This document shows, piece after piece, positions 1-7,109 of a DNA stretch of 17,398 nt. The notes under the pieces are model-generated. The model saw only the letters and a list, made by a program, of their open reading frames with translations. It searched no databases and was not told where the DNA came from. The position numbers and the translations under genes were made by a program. Where the stretch lies: positions 1 through 17,398 of IMG/VR virus record IMGVR_UViG_2778261177_000007, one strand, 5' to 3'. The stretch is from a virus. Lineage: Duplodnaviria; Heunggongvirae; Uroviricota; Caudoviricetes. Position 1 is the first letter of the stretch. Each line of letters opens with the position of its first letter.

Positions 1-1143
1 CTATGCTGTTTTGATATCTACGATAATCCAGTCTTTACCACGATCATCATTGTATCGGTCGGTCATTTTTCTGGATTTATGACCTAACAACTTTTGCGTA
101 TCCAGACCCTGTTCCCGATATAACCGTTCTGACAGAGATCGCTGCTCATGAAATGTGGGCGCAGTTCCTTGCTCCCATTTTATGCCACATTTTTCCCTGG
201 CCTTTTTAAAAGCCGTTGTCAGAGTATTCGCAGAAACCTGGTCTCCTCTGTTTGCTTGAGAGGTTGTGTGACGGTAATGGACCAGATATTTACTAACAAC
301 AGCATCCCTGCACTGAGATATAACTTCACGAAGGGTAATATTCAGAGCATCGCATTTCAGGTTAAGCGGAATAGCAAGTTTTGAACCGGTTTTTTCCTGA
401 GTAATGTGCAACATGTCGTCCCAGATATCAGAGAATTTCAAATTGCAGATATCGCCTAAACGTTGTCCAGTGACAAGAGCAAGTAGCATCCCGCATTTTA
501 AATAGGGCTGCCGTCTGCTTACGCTGTCAAATATTGCCTGCCATTCGGGCAGTGATAATCTTTGGCGGTTTACTCGATTTCGCGGTTGTTTTGTTGCCTG
601 CGCTGGGTTAAATCCTGGCGGAACATGTCCTGCGTGTTGTGCTTCTTTGAAGACGTCGATTAACACCATTCTCACGACTTGCGCCATCCTGTTATGACCT
701 TCAGCCTTTACAGCATCAATTATTTCGGCAATATCAAGTGCGGTAATATCCTTGAGGTGTTGCATTCCACAATGCTCACGGAAAAGACGAATGGGTTTGC
801 CTTTTTGCCGATAGGAGTTGGGTCTTAGTTCATTATGTTGCAGCCTGTCCTCCTGGATAGAAATATATTTATCAAGCCATTCTGTCACCGTAATGTCTGA
901 GCGCCTGCCTTTCATTCTTTCCAGACGCTCATTGACGCTTAATATTTGTCGGGTACGTTGTTCAGCAATAATGGTATTTGCTTCAGTAGCAACTTGTTTT
1001 GCTTCATTCTCATCAGTTCCTAAGCTATGAAAACGACCGGATAGTGGATGTTTGTATTGCCAATATACCTTTCCTGTTCGCTTATCTAATTTGCAATATA
1101 AATTGGGTATAGAGATTTTGTGAGATCGGGGTCTAGCAGCCAT
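1..1143 (-). CDS. int: Lambda-family tyrosine integrase (site-specific recombinase)
   Basis: 380-aa ORF with ATG start; N-terminal arm-binding-like region, C-terminal HxxR...LLGHK...Y catalytic signature (HEQRSLSERLY, LGHKSRKMTDRY). Overlaps upstream xis by 11 nt as in lambdoid phages. Not lambda Int itself. Stop codon sits at the window edge. Confidence 0.9.
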   Translation of the reverse strand: MAARPRSHKISIPNLYCKLDKRTGKVYWQYKHPLSGRFHSLGTDENEAKQVATEANTIIAEQRTRQILSVNERLERMKGRRSDITVTEWLDKYISIQEDRLQHNELRPNSYRQKGKPIRLFREHCGMQHLKDITALDIAEIIDAVKAEGHNRMAQVVRMVLIDVFKEAQHAGHVPPGFNPAQATKQPRNRVNRQRLSLPEWQAIFDSVSRRQPYLKCGMLLALVTGQRLGDICNLKFSDIWDDMLHITQEKTGSKLAIPLNLKCDALNITLREVISQCRDAVVSKYLVHYRHTTSQANRGDQVSANTLTTAFKKAREKCGIKWEQGTAPTFHEQRSLSERLYREQGLDTQKLLGHKSRKMTDRYNDDRGKDWIIVDIKTA

Positions 1144-1369
1144 CAGCGATTATCCGTTGGAGTTTTGGGTTTGCGTTTATTGGGAGTTGCGGTTCTGCAA
1201 GCGTTCCTACAAAACGGGAATTTCGGTCAATCATCCAGTAGCGACCAACTTTTATAGCGGGTGGGGCCATCATTTTCCCTTGCGCGTATTTTTTCAGAAC
1301 TCGCTCACTTGGTGCTAAGTCCCCAAATTCTTCTTTAGCCCAGTCCTGTAAAGTGATTAGTCGAGACAT
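1133..1369 (-). CDS. xis: Excisionase (Xis-like)
   Basis: 78-aa ORF immediately upstream of and overlapping int; strong SD (GAGGAGG) 6-7 nt before ATG; size and position typical of excisionase. Confidence 0.7.
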   Translation of the reverse strand: MSRLITLQDWAKEEFGDLAPSERVLKKYAQGKMMAPPAIKVGRYWMIDRNSRFVGTLAEPQLPINANPKLQRIIADGC

Positions 1370-1508
1370 TTGTCCTCCTCTTAGCTGTTGAGGGAGTTTG
1401 TGACCGATATATCTGACATGATATTAAGCTCATGGCAGGTACATCTCTTGACTGGTCATAGAGATAAATTTAATGCTGAGAAATGCAGTATTGAATTTAT
1501 CAATTTTT

Positions 1509-1748
1509 CTATTTCCTACGTATGGCACGTAACTTCTTAATGTGTTCTGCCGTTTCGATCTCTTCTGCTATCCGATCTGCATCAGCTTTATTCACAGGTT
1601 CAAAGTCATGATTAAAGCGGAACATGCTGGCGATACATGTTCTGCCTTTTCGGATGTAGTGAACTTTGTTGTGGGTAGAACGCAGGATTTTGCAGGGAGT
1701 GCCGTGGTGGTCGACGTACCAGGTGTTAGGAAAAATGATTCTGAACAT
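1509..1748 (-). CDS. Small prophage early-left protein of unknown function (YdaC/DUF-like)
   Basis: 79-aa ORF co-oriented with the int-xis/early-left operon; resembles small conserved proteins found next to xis in enterobacterial lambdoid prophages (recall only). Confidence 0.5.
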   Translation of the reverse strand: MFRIIFPNTWYVDHHGTPCKILRSTHNKVHYIRKGRTCIASMFRFNHDFEPVNKADADRIAEEIETAEHIKKLRAIRRK

Positions 1749-1795
1749 TTTTACACCTCAGTTGGACGATGTTGAAATTTGCTGCTTTGAGGCCA

Positions 1796-2014
1796 TCACA
1801 GTCCCCATTGTTTGTTCTTAAGTTCGATCTCCTCCTGGCAACTTGCACAAGTCCGACAACCCTGAACGGCCAGGCGTCTTCGTTCATCTATCGGATCGCC
1901 ACACTCACAACAATGAGTGGCAGATATAGCCTGGTGGTTCAGGCGGCGCATTTTTATTGCTGTGTTGCGCTGTAATTCTTCAATTTCTGATGCTGAATCA
2001 ATGATGTCTGCCAT
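1796..2014 (-). CDS. TraR/DksA-family C4 zinc-finger protein
   Basis: 72-aa ORF with two CxxC pairs (CCECGD...CRTCASC) and a C-terminal layout typical of phage/plasmid TraR-like RNAP-binding zinc-finger proteins. Confidence 0.8.
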   Translation of the reverse strand: MADIIDSASEIEELQRNTAIKMRRLNHQAISATHCCECGDPIDERRRLAVQGCRTCASCQEEIELKNKQWGL

Positions 2015-2112
2015 CTTTCATTAATCCCTGAATTGTTGGTTAATACGCTTGAGGGTGAATGCGAATAATAAAAAAGGAGCCTGTAGCTCCATGATGATTT
2101 TGTTTTTCATGT

Positions 2113-2394
2113 TCACCGTTCCTTAAAGACGCCGTTTAACATGCCGATCGCCAGGCTTAAATGAGTCGGTGTGAATCCCATCAGCGTTACCGCTTCGCGG
2201 TGCTTCTTCAGTACGCTACGGCAAATGTCATCGACGTTTTTATCCGGAAACTGCTGTCTGGCTTTTTTGATTTCATAATTAGCCTGACGGGCAATACTGC
2301 GAAGGGCGTTTTCTTGCTGAGGTGTCATTGAACAAGTCCCATGTCGGCAAGCATAAGCACACAGAATATGAAGCCCGCTGCCAGAAAAATGCAT
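2113..2394 (-). CDS. Hypothetical early-left protein (true start may be the internal ATG at 2328, giving 71 aa)
   Basis: 93-aa ORF; the N-terminal 22 residues are Cys/His-rich and look non-native; the internal Met (MTPQQENALRSIARQ...) gives a more protein-like product. No strong SD at either start. Confidence 0.45.
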   Translation of the reverse strand: MHFSGSGLHILCAYACRHGTCSMTPQQENALRSIARQANYEIKKARQQFPDKNVDDICRSVLKKHREAVTLMGFTPTHLSLAIGMLNGVFKER

Positions 2395-2404
2395 TTAGTG
2401 GTTG

Positions 2405-2596
2405 TCATACCTGGTCTCTCTCATCTGCTTCTGCTTTCGCCACCATCATTTCCAGCTTTTGTGAAAGGGATGTGGCTAACGTATGAAATTCTTCGTCTGT
2501 TTCTACTGGTATTGGCACAAACCTGACTCCAATTTGAGCAAGGCTATGTGCCATCTCAATACTCGTTCTTAACTCAACAGGAGATGCTTTGTGCAT
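2405..2596 (-). CDS. Lambda orf63-like small protein
   Basis: 63-aa ORF, 192 bp, overlapping the downstream orf60a-like gene by 28 nt, which reproduces the lambda orf63/orf60a arrangement upstream of exo. Confidence 0.6.
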   Translation of the reverse strand: MHKASPVELRTSIEMAHSLAQIGVRFVPIPVETDEEFHTLATSLSQKLEMMVAKAEADERDQV

Positions 2597-2751
2597 ACCG
2601 CCTCCCGTTTATTATTTATCTTCTCAGCCAGCCGCTGTGCTTTCAGTGGATTTCTGATAACAGAAAGGCCGGGAAATACCCAGCCTCGCTTTGTAACGGA
2701 GTAGACGAAAGTGATCGCGCCTACCCGGATATTATCGTGAGGATGCGTCAT
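2569..2751 (-). CDS. Lambda orf60a-like small protein
   Basis: ORF in the position of lambda orf60a; starting at the third codon ([15 protein letters not shown]...) gives 60 aa and the 4-nt overlap with exo seen in lambda. The ORF track's longer version starts at 2757. Confidence 0.6.
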   Translation of the reverse strand: MTHPHDNIRVGAITFVYSVTKRGWVFPGLSVIRNPLKAQRLAEKINNKREAVCTKHLLLS

Positions 2752-3428
2752 CGCCATTGCTCCCCAAATACAAAACCAATTTCAGCCAGTGCCTCGTCCA
2801 TTTTTTCGATGAACTCCGGCACCATCTCGTCAAAACTCGCCATGTACTTTTCATCCCGCTCAACCACGACATAATGCAGTCCTTCACGCTTCATACGCGG
2901 GTCATAGTTGGCAAAGTACCAGGCATCTTTTCGTGTCACCCACATGCTGTACTGCACCTGGGCCATGTAAGCCGACTTTATGGCCTCGAAACCACCGAGC
3001 CGGAACTTCATGAAATCCCGGGAGGTAAACGGGCATTTCAGCTCAAGGCCATTGCCGTCACTGCATAAACCATCCGGAGAGCAGGCGGTACGCATACTTT
3101 CGTCGCGATAGATGATCGGGGATTCAATAACATTCACGCCGGAAGTGAACTCAAACAGGGTTCTGGCGTCGTTCTCGTACTGTTTTCCCCAGGCCAGTGC
3201 TTTAGCGTTAACTTCCGGAGCCACACCGGTGCAAACCTCGGCAAGCAGGGTGTGGAAGTAGGACATTTTCATGTCAGGCCACTTCTTTCCGGAGCGGGGT
3301 TTTGCTATCACGTTGTGAACTTCTGAAGCGGTGATGACGCCGAGCCGTAATTTGTGCCACGCATCATCCCCCTGTTCGACAGCTCTCACATCGATCCCGG
3401 TACGCTGCAGGATAATGTCCGGTGTCAT
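2748..3428 (-). CDS. exo: Lambda exonuclease (Red-alpha)
   Basis: 226-aa product recognised by eye as near-identical to phage lambda Exo ([37 protein letters not shown]...); 4-nt overlap with bet as in lambda. Confidence 0.95.
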   Translation of the reverse strand: MTPDIILQRTGIDVRAVEQGDDAWHKLRLGVITASEVHNVIAKPRSGKKWPDMKMSYFHTLLAEVCTGVAPEVNAKALAWGKQYENDARTLFEFTSGVNVIESPIIYRDESMRTACSPDGLCSDGNGLELKCPFTSRDFMKFRLGGFEAIKSAYMAQVQYSMWVTRKDAWYFANYDPRMKREGLHYVVVERDEKYMASFDEMVPEFIEKMDEALAEIGFVFGEQWR

Positions 3429-4210
3429 GCTGCCACCTTCTGCTCTGCGGCTTTCTGTTTCAGGAATCCAAGAGCTTTTACTGCTTCGGCCTGTGTCAGT
3501 TCTGACGATGCACGAATGTCGCGGCGAAATATCTGGGAACAGAGTGGCAATAAGTCGTCATCCCATGTTTTATCCAGGGCGATCAGCAGAGTGTTAATCT
3601 CCTGCATGGTTTCATCGTTAACCGGAGTGATGTCGCGTTCCGGCTGGCGTTCTGCAGTGTATGCAGTATTTTCGACAATGCGCTCGGCTTCATCCTTGTC
3701 ATAGATACCAGCAAATCCGAAGGCCAGACGGGAACACTGAATCATGGCTTTATGCCGTAACATTCGTTTGGGATGCGACTGCCACGGCCCCGTGATTTCT
3801 CTGCCTTCGCGAGTTTTGAATGGTTCGCGGCGGCATTCATCCATCCATTCGGTAACGCAGATCGGATGATTACGGTCCTTGCGGTAAATCCGGCATGTAC
3901 AGGATTCATTGTCCTGCTCAAAGTCCATGCCATCAAACTGCTGGTTTTCATTGATGATGCGGGACCAGCCATCAACGCCCACCACCGGAACGATGCCGTT
4001 CTGCTTATCAGGGAAGGCGTAAATTTCTTTCGTCCACGGATTAAGGCCGTACTGGTTGGCGACGATCAACAATGCGATGAACTGCGCATCGCTGGCATCA
4101 CCTTTAAATGCCGTCTGGCGAAGAGTGGTGATCAGTTCCTGTGGGTCGACAGAATCCATGCCGACACGTTCAGCCAGCTTCCCTGCCAGCGTTGCGAGTG
4201 CTGTACTCAT
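3425..4210 (-). CDS. bet: Lambda Bet (Red-beta) single-strand annealing protein
   Basis: 261-aa product recognised as near-identical to lambda Bet ([66 protein letters not shown]...). Confidence 0.95.
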   Translation of the reverse strand: MSTALATLAGKLAERVGMDSVDPQELITTLRQTAFKGDASDAQFIALLIVANQYGLNPWTKEIYAFPDKQNGIVPVVGVDGWSRIINENQQFDGMDFEQDNESCTCRIYRKDRNHPICVTEWMDECRREPFKTREGREITGPWQSHPKRMLRHKAMIQCSRLAFGFAGIYDKDEAERIVENTAYTAERQPERDITPVNDETMQEINTLLIALDKTWDDDLLPLCSQIFRRDIRASSELTQAEAVKALGFLKQKAAEQKVAA

Positions 4211-4215
4211 CCGCT

Positions 4216-4512
4216 TTATACCTCTGAATCAATATCAACGTGGTGGTGAGCAATGGTTTCAACCATGTACCGGATGTGTTCTGCCATACGCTCCTGAAAC
4301 TCAACATCGTCATCAAATGCACGAGTAATGGCTTTTTTGCTGGCCCCGTGGCGTTGCAAATGATCGATGCAGAGTGATTCAAACAGGTGCTGTGGAAGAC
4401 CTTTTTCCATGTCGTCTGCCAGTTCTGCCTCTTTCTCTTCACGGGCGATCAGCTGGTAGTGACGTGCCCAGCTCTGAGCCTCAAGACGATCCTGAATGTA
4501 ATAAGCGTTCAT
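4216..4512 (-). CDS. gam: Gam, RecBCD inhibitor (short GamS form only)
   Basis: 98-aa product matching the C-terminal 98 residues of lambda Gam ([19 protein letters not shown]...VDIDSEV). The upstream long-form N-terminal coding sequence is present but out of frame and truncated. Confidence 0.9.
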   Translation of the reverse strand: MNAYYIQDRLEAQSWARHYQLIAREEKEAELADDMEKGLPQHLFESLCIDHLQRHGASKKAITRAFDDDVEFQERMAEHIRYMVETIAHHHVDIDSEV

Positions 4513-4587
4513 GGCTGAACTCCTGAAAATGGCTGTGAAAATATCGCCCGCGAAATGCCAGGCTGATTAGGAAAACAGGAAAGGGGA

Positions 4588-4878
4588 TTAGTGATTCAGG
4601 CCGTTACCGCGTCCGTCGAGAAAAACTTCCACGAGCAAATCACGGGTATAAGTGCGCTCGATGCCGCGATGCAGATATAGCCGTCCGCGTAAATTAGCTG
4701 ATGCAGTCCAGGTACCATCTTTGTGTTTGACCAGCATTCCTGGCATGACCGCACCTCGATTAACGGTCTGCGTTCCGTAATGTTGATGAACCATAAAAAC
4801 TCCTGCCCGTAAGCTGGGCTGCTGAACATATAGAGACTTCTGCGCGTATTCAGGCGGTGGATGGCCGCCGGTTGTCAT
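4588..4878 (-). CDS. Hypothetical protein, first ORF downstream of the putative pL (in the N/kil/cIII position)
   Basis: 96-aa ORF with ATG start and a GAGG about 10 nt upstream. No recognisable family and no N-like arginine-rich motif. A competing 77-aa ORF (4596..4829) in another frame lacks an SD. Confidence 0.4.
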   Translation of the reverse strand: MTTGGHPPPEYAQKSLYVQQPSLRAGVFMVHQHYGTQTVNRGAVMPGMLVKHKDGTWTASANLRGRLYLHRGIERTYTRDLLVEVFLDGRGNGLNH

Positions 4879-5049
4879 AACTAAGCCGCCTCGTTGAAGC
4901 GACTAAGGTATGAAATGTTGAGTTGATTTCAGCTGGTCACACCGACGTTCACGCGTCCGTTTCACCCCTCGCACTCCCCGAAGCCTGCTGAAATTCAAAC
5001 TGCGGATCTAAGCGGTCATCGCAACGGTGAATCAGGTAGTTGCCGTATC

Positions 5050-5130
5050 GTTGTGTTGTTGCGATGAACTTATTTAAAACTATAGTTGTTTTATCGTCAA
5101 CAACAAAAGTTGTTTTATTGGTTGTTTTAG
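5050..5130 (-). promoter_or_regulatory. Putative pL promoter with oL-like operator repeats
   Basis: On the minus strand: -35 TTGACG (rc of 5095..5100), 17-bp spacer, -10 TTAAAT (rc of 5072..5077). Embedded in GTTGTTTTA / CAACAAC repeats. A roughly 30-bp module (TTGTTGA..AAAACAAC.ATAGTTTTAA) is shared with the pR side. Confidence 0.45.
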
Positions 5131-5238
5131 ATATAACTGGTTGTATTTAGGATGGATTTATTTTGTGACTTGAATCGCATAGCGATAACTGAAGCGAGGT
5201 TATGGTGGTTTTTTTAACGGTGTGTGTGATGAGGGGAG

Positions 5239-5268
5239 GGCAAAAGAAAACCCGGCACGGTGACCGGG
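5239..5268 (-). terminator. Intrinsic terminator downstream of the repressor gene (tImm-like)
   Basis: Minus-strand RNA CCCGGUCACCGUGCCGGG forms a GC-rich stem and is followed by UUUUCUUUUG. Lies about 120 nt after the repressor stop, between the repressor and the pL/oL region. Confidence 0.65.
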
Positions 5269-5389
5269 ATTCTTACGCCGTTAGGTAAAGATATTATTGC
5301 GGTGGCTTAATATTACTACCTAGAGCAAAGATAGGAATTAGTTCTTTACTGAATGAGCACAATGCCCAGTTGATAATTTTTAATTGGTA

Positions 5390-6079
5390 CTACCCATGCT
5401 TCCTATATGTCTGCGGCATGCTCCCAATAACCTTACCGAAGATGAACACCCGGTTCATCTCGTCTTTCTCGATCGGGTCCCACGGTGAGTAGCTTTTGTT
5501 ATCAGAGATGACCAGCAGCTTATCCTTCATCATTTGCAGGCGCTTTACATGGGCTGTGTCGTCGTACAGAAACGCATAGATACCATCACCGTCGAAAGAT
5601 TTAACTGTGATATCAACGAACAGCAGATCACCTGGTTCGATCGTTCCTGACATGCTGTCACCACGCACGTTAATGATGCGGATATTTTCCGCCTTCCTAC
5701 CATCGAACATGTGACGAGCATCGTCAAACGAGTACTCAACCGAGCGTAGAACTTCTACAAACTCACGGTTGATGACTCCCGGCCCAGCACTGACTTCTAT
5801 ATCAAGAACGTCAATCTTGAAGTATTTGGAATGGCTGACAGTTGATTGTATTGGTTGCACTGTACTGTCTGACATATTTCCAACGCCAGAAGATAACCAT
5901 TCTGCGCGCACACCCAAAGCGTTCGCGATCTCCACGATTTTAGTTGTTTGATTAGCTTTCCCTGTTTCGATTTTCTGAATAGCAGCCTGGCTAACCCCGA
6001 CCAAATCCCCAAGCGCCTTTTGTGTAAGGCCTCGCGCTAATCTGGCTTCTTTAAGTCTTTCTGAGAGTGTTGTTTTCAT
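5390..6079 (-). CDS. cI-like phage repressor (N-terminal XRE-type HTH, C-terminal S24 LexA-like peptidase domain)
   Basis: HTH segment LTQKALGDLVGVSQAAIQKIETGK; Ala-Gly autocleavage-type site (VSAGPG); S24 motifs (VRGDSMSGTIEPGDLLFVD, ...HVKRL). Start set at the internal ATG 6079 (MKTTLSERL...); the 251-aa ORF-track version from 6145 would begin inside the operator palindrome. Confidence 0.85.
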   Translation of the reverse strand: MKTTLSERLKEARLARGLTQKALGDLVGVSQAAIQKIETGKANQTTKIVEIANALGVRAEWLSSGVGNMSDSTVQPIQSTVSHSKYFKIDVLDIEVSAGPGVINREFVEVLRSVEYSFDDARHMFDGRKAENIRIINVRGDSMSGTIEPGDLLFVDITVKSFDGDGIYAFLYDDTAHVKRLQMMKDKLLVISDNKSYSPWDPIEKDEMNRVFIFGKVIGSMPQTYRKHG

Positions 6080-6183
6080 AGTCCAAATGTACAACCAAGG
6101 TTTTATTTCATCAAACGAAAATGGTTGTTGATTAAAAACAACCATAGTTTTAATCTTGATTCAAATTAACCACGGAGGTTGTT
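6080..6183. promoter_or_regulatory. oR-like operator region with divergent pRM/pR promoters
   Basis: Perfect 8-bp-arm palindrome ATGGTTGT-N9-ACAACCAT at 6121..6145 and a second ACAACC..GGTTTT site at about 6093..6108. Putative pR: -35 TTGATT, -10 TTTAAT, then the GGAGG SD of the cro-like gene. Confidence 0.5.
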
Positions 6184-6414
6184 ATGAACCCAGCTATCAA
6201 AACAGCGATCAATATCGTTGGTTCACAAAAGAAACTGGGCGCTGCTTGCGAAGTTTCACAGCAGGCCGTCTATAAGTGGCTTCACAACAAAGCAAAGGTA
6301 TCCCCTGAACATGTCGGCAGCATTGTTACGGCTACTGGTGGAGTAGTGAAGGCATACCAGATTCGCCCGGATCTTCCGAAGTTGTTTCCACACACCGAAA
6401 AGAACGCAGCTTAA
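6184..6414 (+). CDS. Cro-like / YdaS-family HTH regulator
   Basis: 76-aa ORF divergent from the repressor, GGAGG SD 6 nt upstream of ATG, HTH-like segment (QKKLGAACEVSQQAVYKWLH); occupies the cro position. Confidence 0.8.
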   Translation: MNPAIKTAINIVGSQKKLGAACEVSQQAVYKWLHNKAKVSPEHVGSIVTATGGVVKAYQIRPDLPKLFPHTEKNAA

Positions 6415-6426
6415 ATTTCCATTTCA

Positions 6427-6439
6427 CGCTCTTTAACAA
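6427..6439 (+). promoter_or_regulatory. boxA-like antitermination element at the nutR position
   Basis: CGCTCTTTAACAA lies 13 nt after the cro-like stop; matches the rrn/lambdoid boxA consensus (TGCTCTTTAACAA) at 12 of 13 positions. No convincing boxB hairpin follows. Confidence 0.5.
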
Positions 6440-6483
6440 TAAGCAATCAACTTAACAGTCAATTCAAACTAAAGGAGTCAATT

Positions 6484-7023
6484 ATGCAACCACTTACATA
6501 CCAACAGACTAGCGGATTTAGCCCGACTGCGGTGATAAATCGTTCTCAAACAAAACAGGCGCCAGGCCACGAAAAAATCCGTGATGCCGTTCGCGCCTGG
6601 TCGGCTGCAGATAATCAGGATGTTGTTGCCGCACTCATTGTGAATGAGTATCGGGAGCAGGGCGGCGGCACCATCGATTTCCCTGATGATGTCAGCCGTG
6701 CACGCCAGAAGCTGTTCCGCTTCCTCGATAACAAATTCGATTCTGAAAAATACCGAAATAACGTGCGTGAACTGACCCCGGCAATTCTGGCGGTACTACC
6801 GCTGGAATATCGCGGCCACCTGGTTGAGCAGGATAGCTTCATGGCTCGGCTGGCTGAAATGGAAAAGGAACTCAGTGAGGCAAAACAGGCTGTCATTCTC
6901 AACGCACCACGCCACCAGAAACTGAAGGAGATGAGTGAAGGCATTGTGTCGATGTTTCGTGTGGACCCGGATCTGGCTGGTCCACTGATGGCGATGGTCA
7001 CCACCATGCTGGGGGCAATATGA
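6484..7023 (+). CDS. YdaT-family protein (cII-position regulator)
   Basis: 179-aa ORF with AAGGAG SD; motifs NEYREQGGG and LTPAILAVLPLEYRGHLV resemble Rac-prophage YdaT-family proteins (recall); sits in the cII position after cro. Confidence 0.65.
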   Translation: MQPLTYQQTSGFSPTAVINRSQTKQAPGHEKIRDAVRAWSAADNQDVVAALIVNEYREQGGGTIDFPDDVSRARQKLFRFLDNKFDSEKYRNNVRELTPAILAVLPLEYRGHLVEQDSFMARLAEMEKELSEAKQAVILNAPRHQKLKEMSEGIVSMFRVDPDLAGPLMAMVTTMLGAI

Positions 7024-7109
7024 CAGGTTCGGAAATGGCGAAAGCCGGTCTGCGCGAACAGAACCGACTTTCAGGTGCAAATCGTAACACACTCATTGCG
7101 GGAGGAATT

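Noticed and set aside
148-1030. Plus-strand ORFs (148..384, 818..1030) inside the integrase gene
   Set aside because: Antisense to a well-supported integrase CDS; no SD and no recognisable protein features.
3331-4442. Alternative-frame and antisense ORFs across exo/bet/gam (3331..3597, 3354..3704, 3742..3975, 3773..4249, 4056..4328, 4170..4442)
   Set aside because: They overlap coding frames that are near-identical to lambda Exo/Bet/Gam; typical spurious ORFs.
4513-4640. Full-length (138-aa) GamL
   Set aside because: The upstream GamL-like codons are in a different frame from the MNAYY start and are closed by stops; only GamS is an intact ORF.
5390-6145. 251-aa N-terminally extended repressor and the antisense ORFs within it (5545..5739, 5769..5951, 5797..6012)
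   Set aside because: The extension would start inside the operator palindrome and add 22 non-conserved residues ahead of the HTH; the internal ATG at 6079 gives a canonical cI-like N-terminus. The others are antisense.
6615-7092. Minus-strand ORFs (6615..7007, 6796..7092) opposite the YdaT-like gene
   Set aside because: Antisense to a gene with recognisable conserved motifs; compositionally odd (Ser/Arg-rich).
7020-7109. O protein starting at 7020 (339 aa)
   Set aside because: Homology to the lambda O N-terminus begins at the ATG at 7110, which also has a strong GGGAGG SD; the upstream extension is unsupported.
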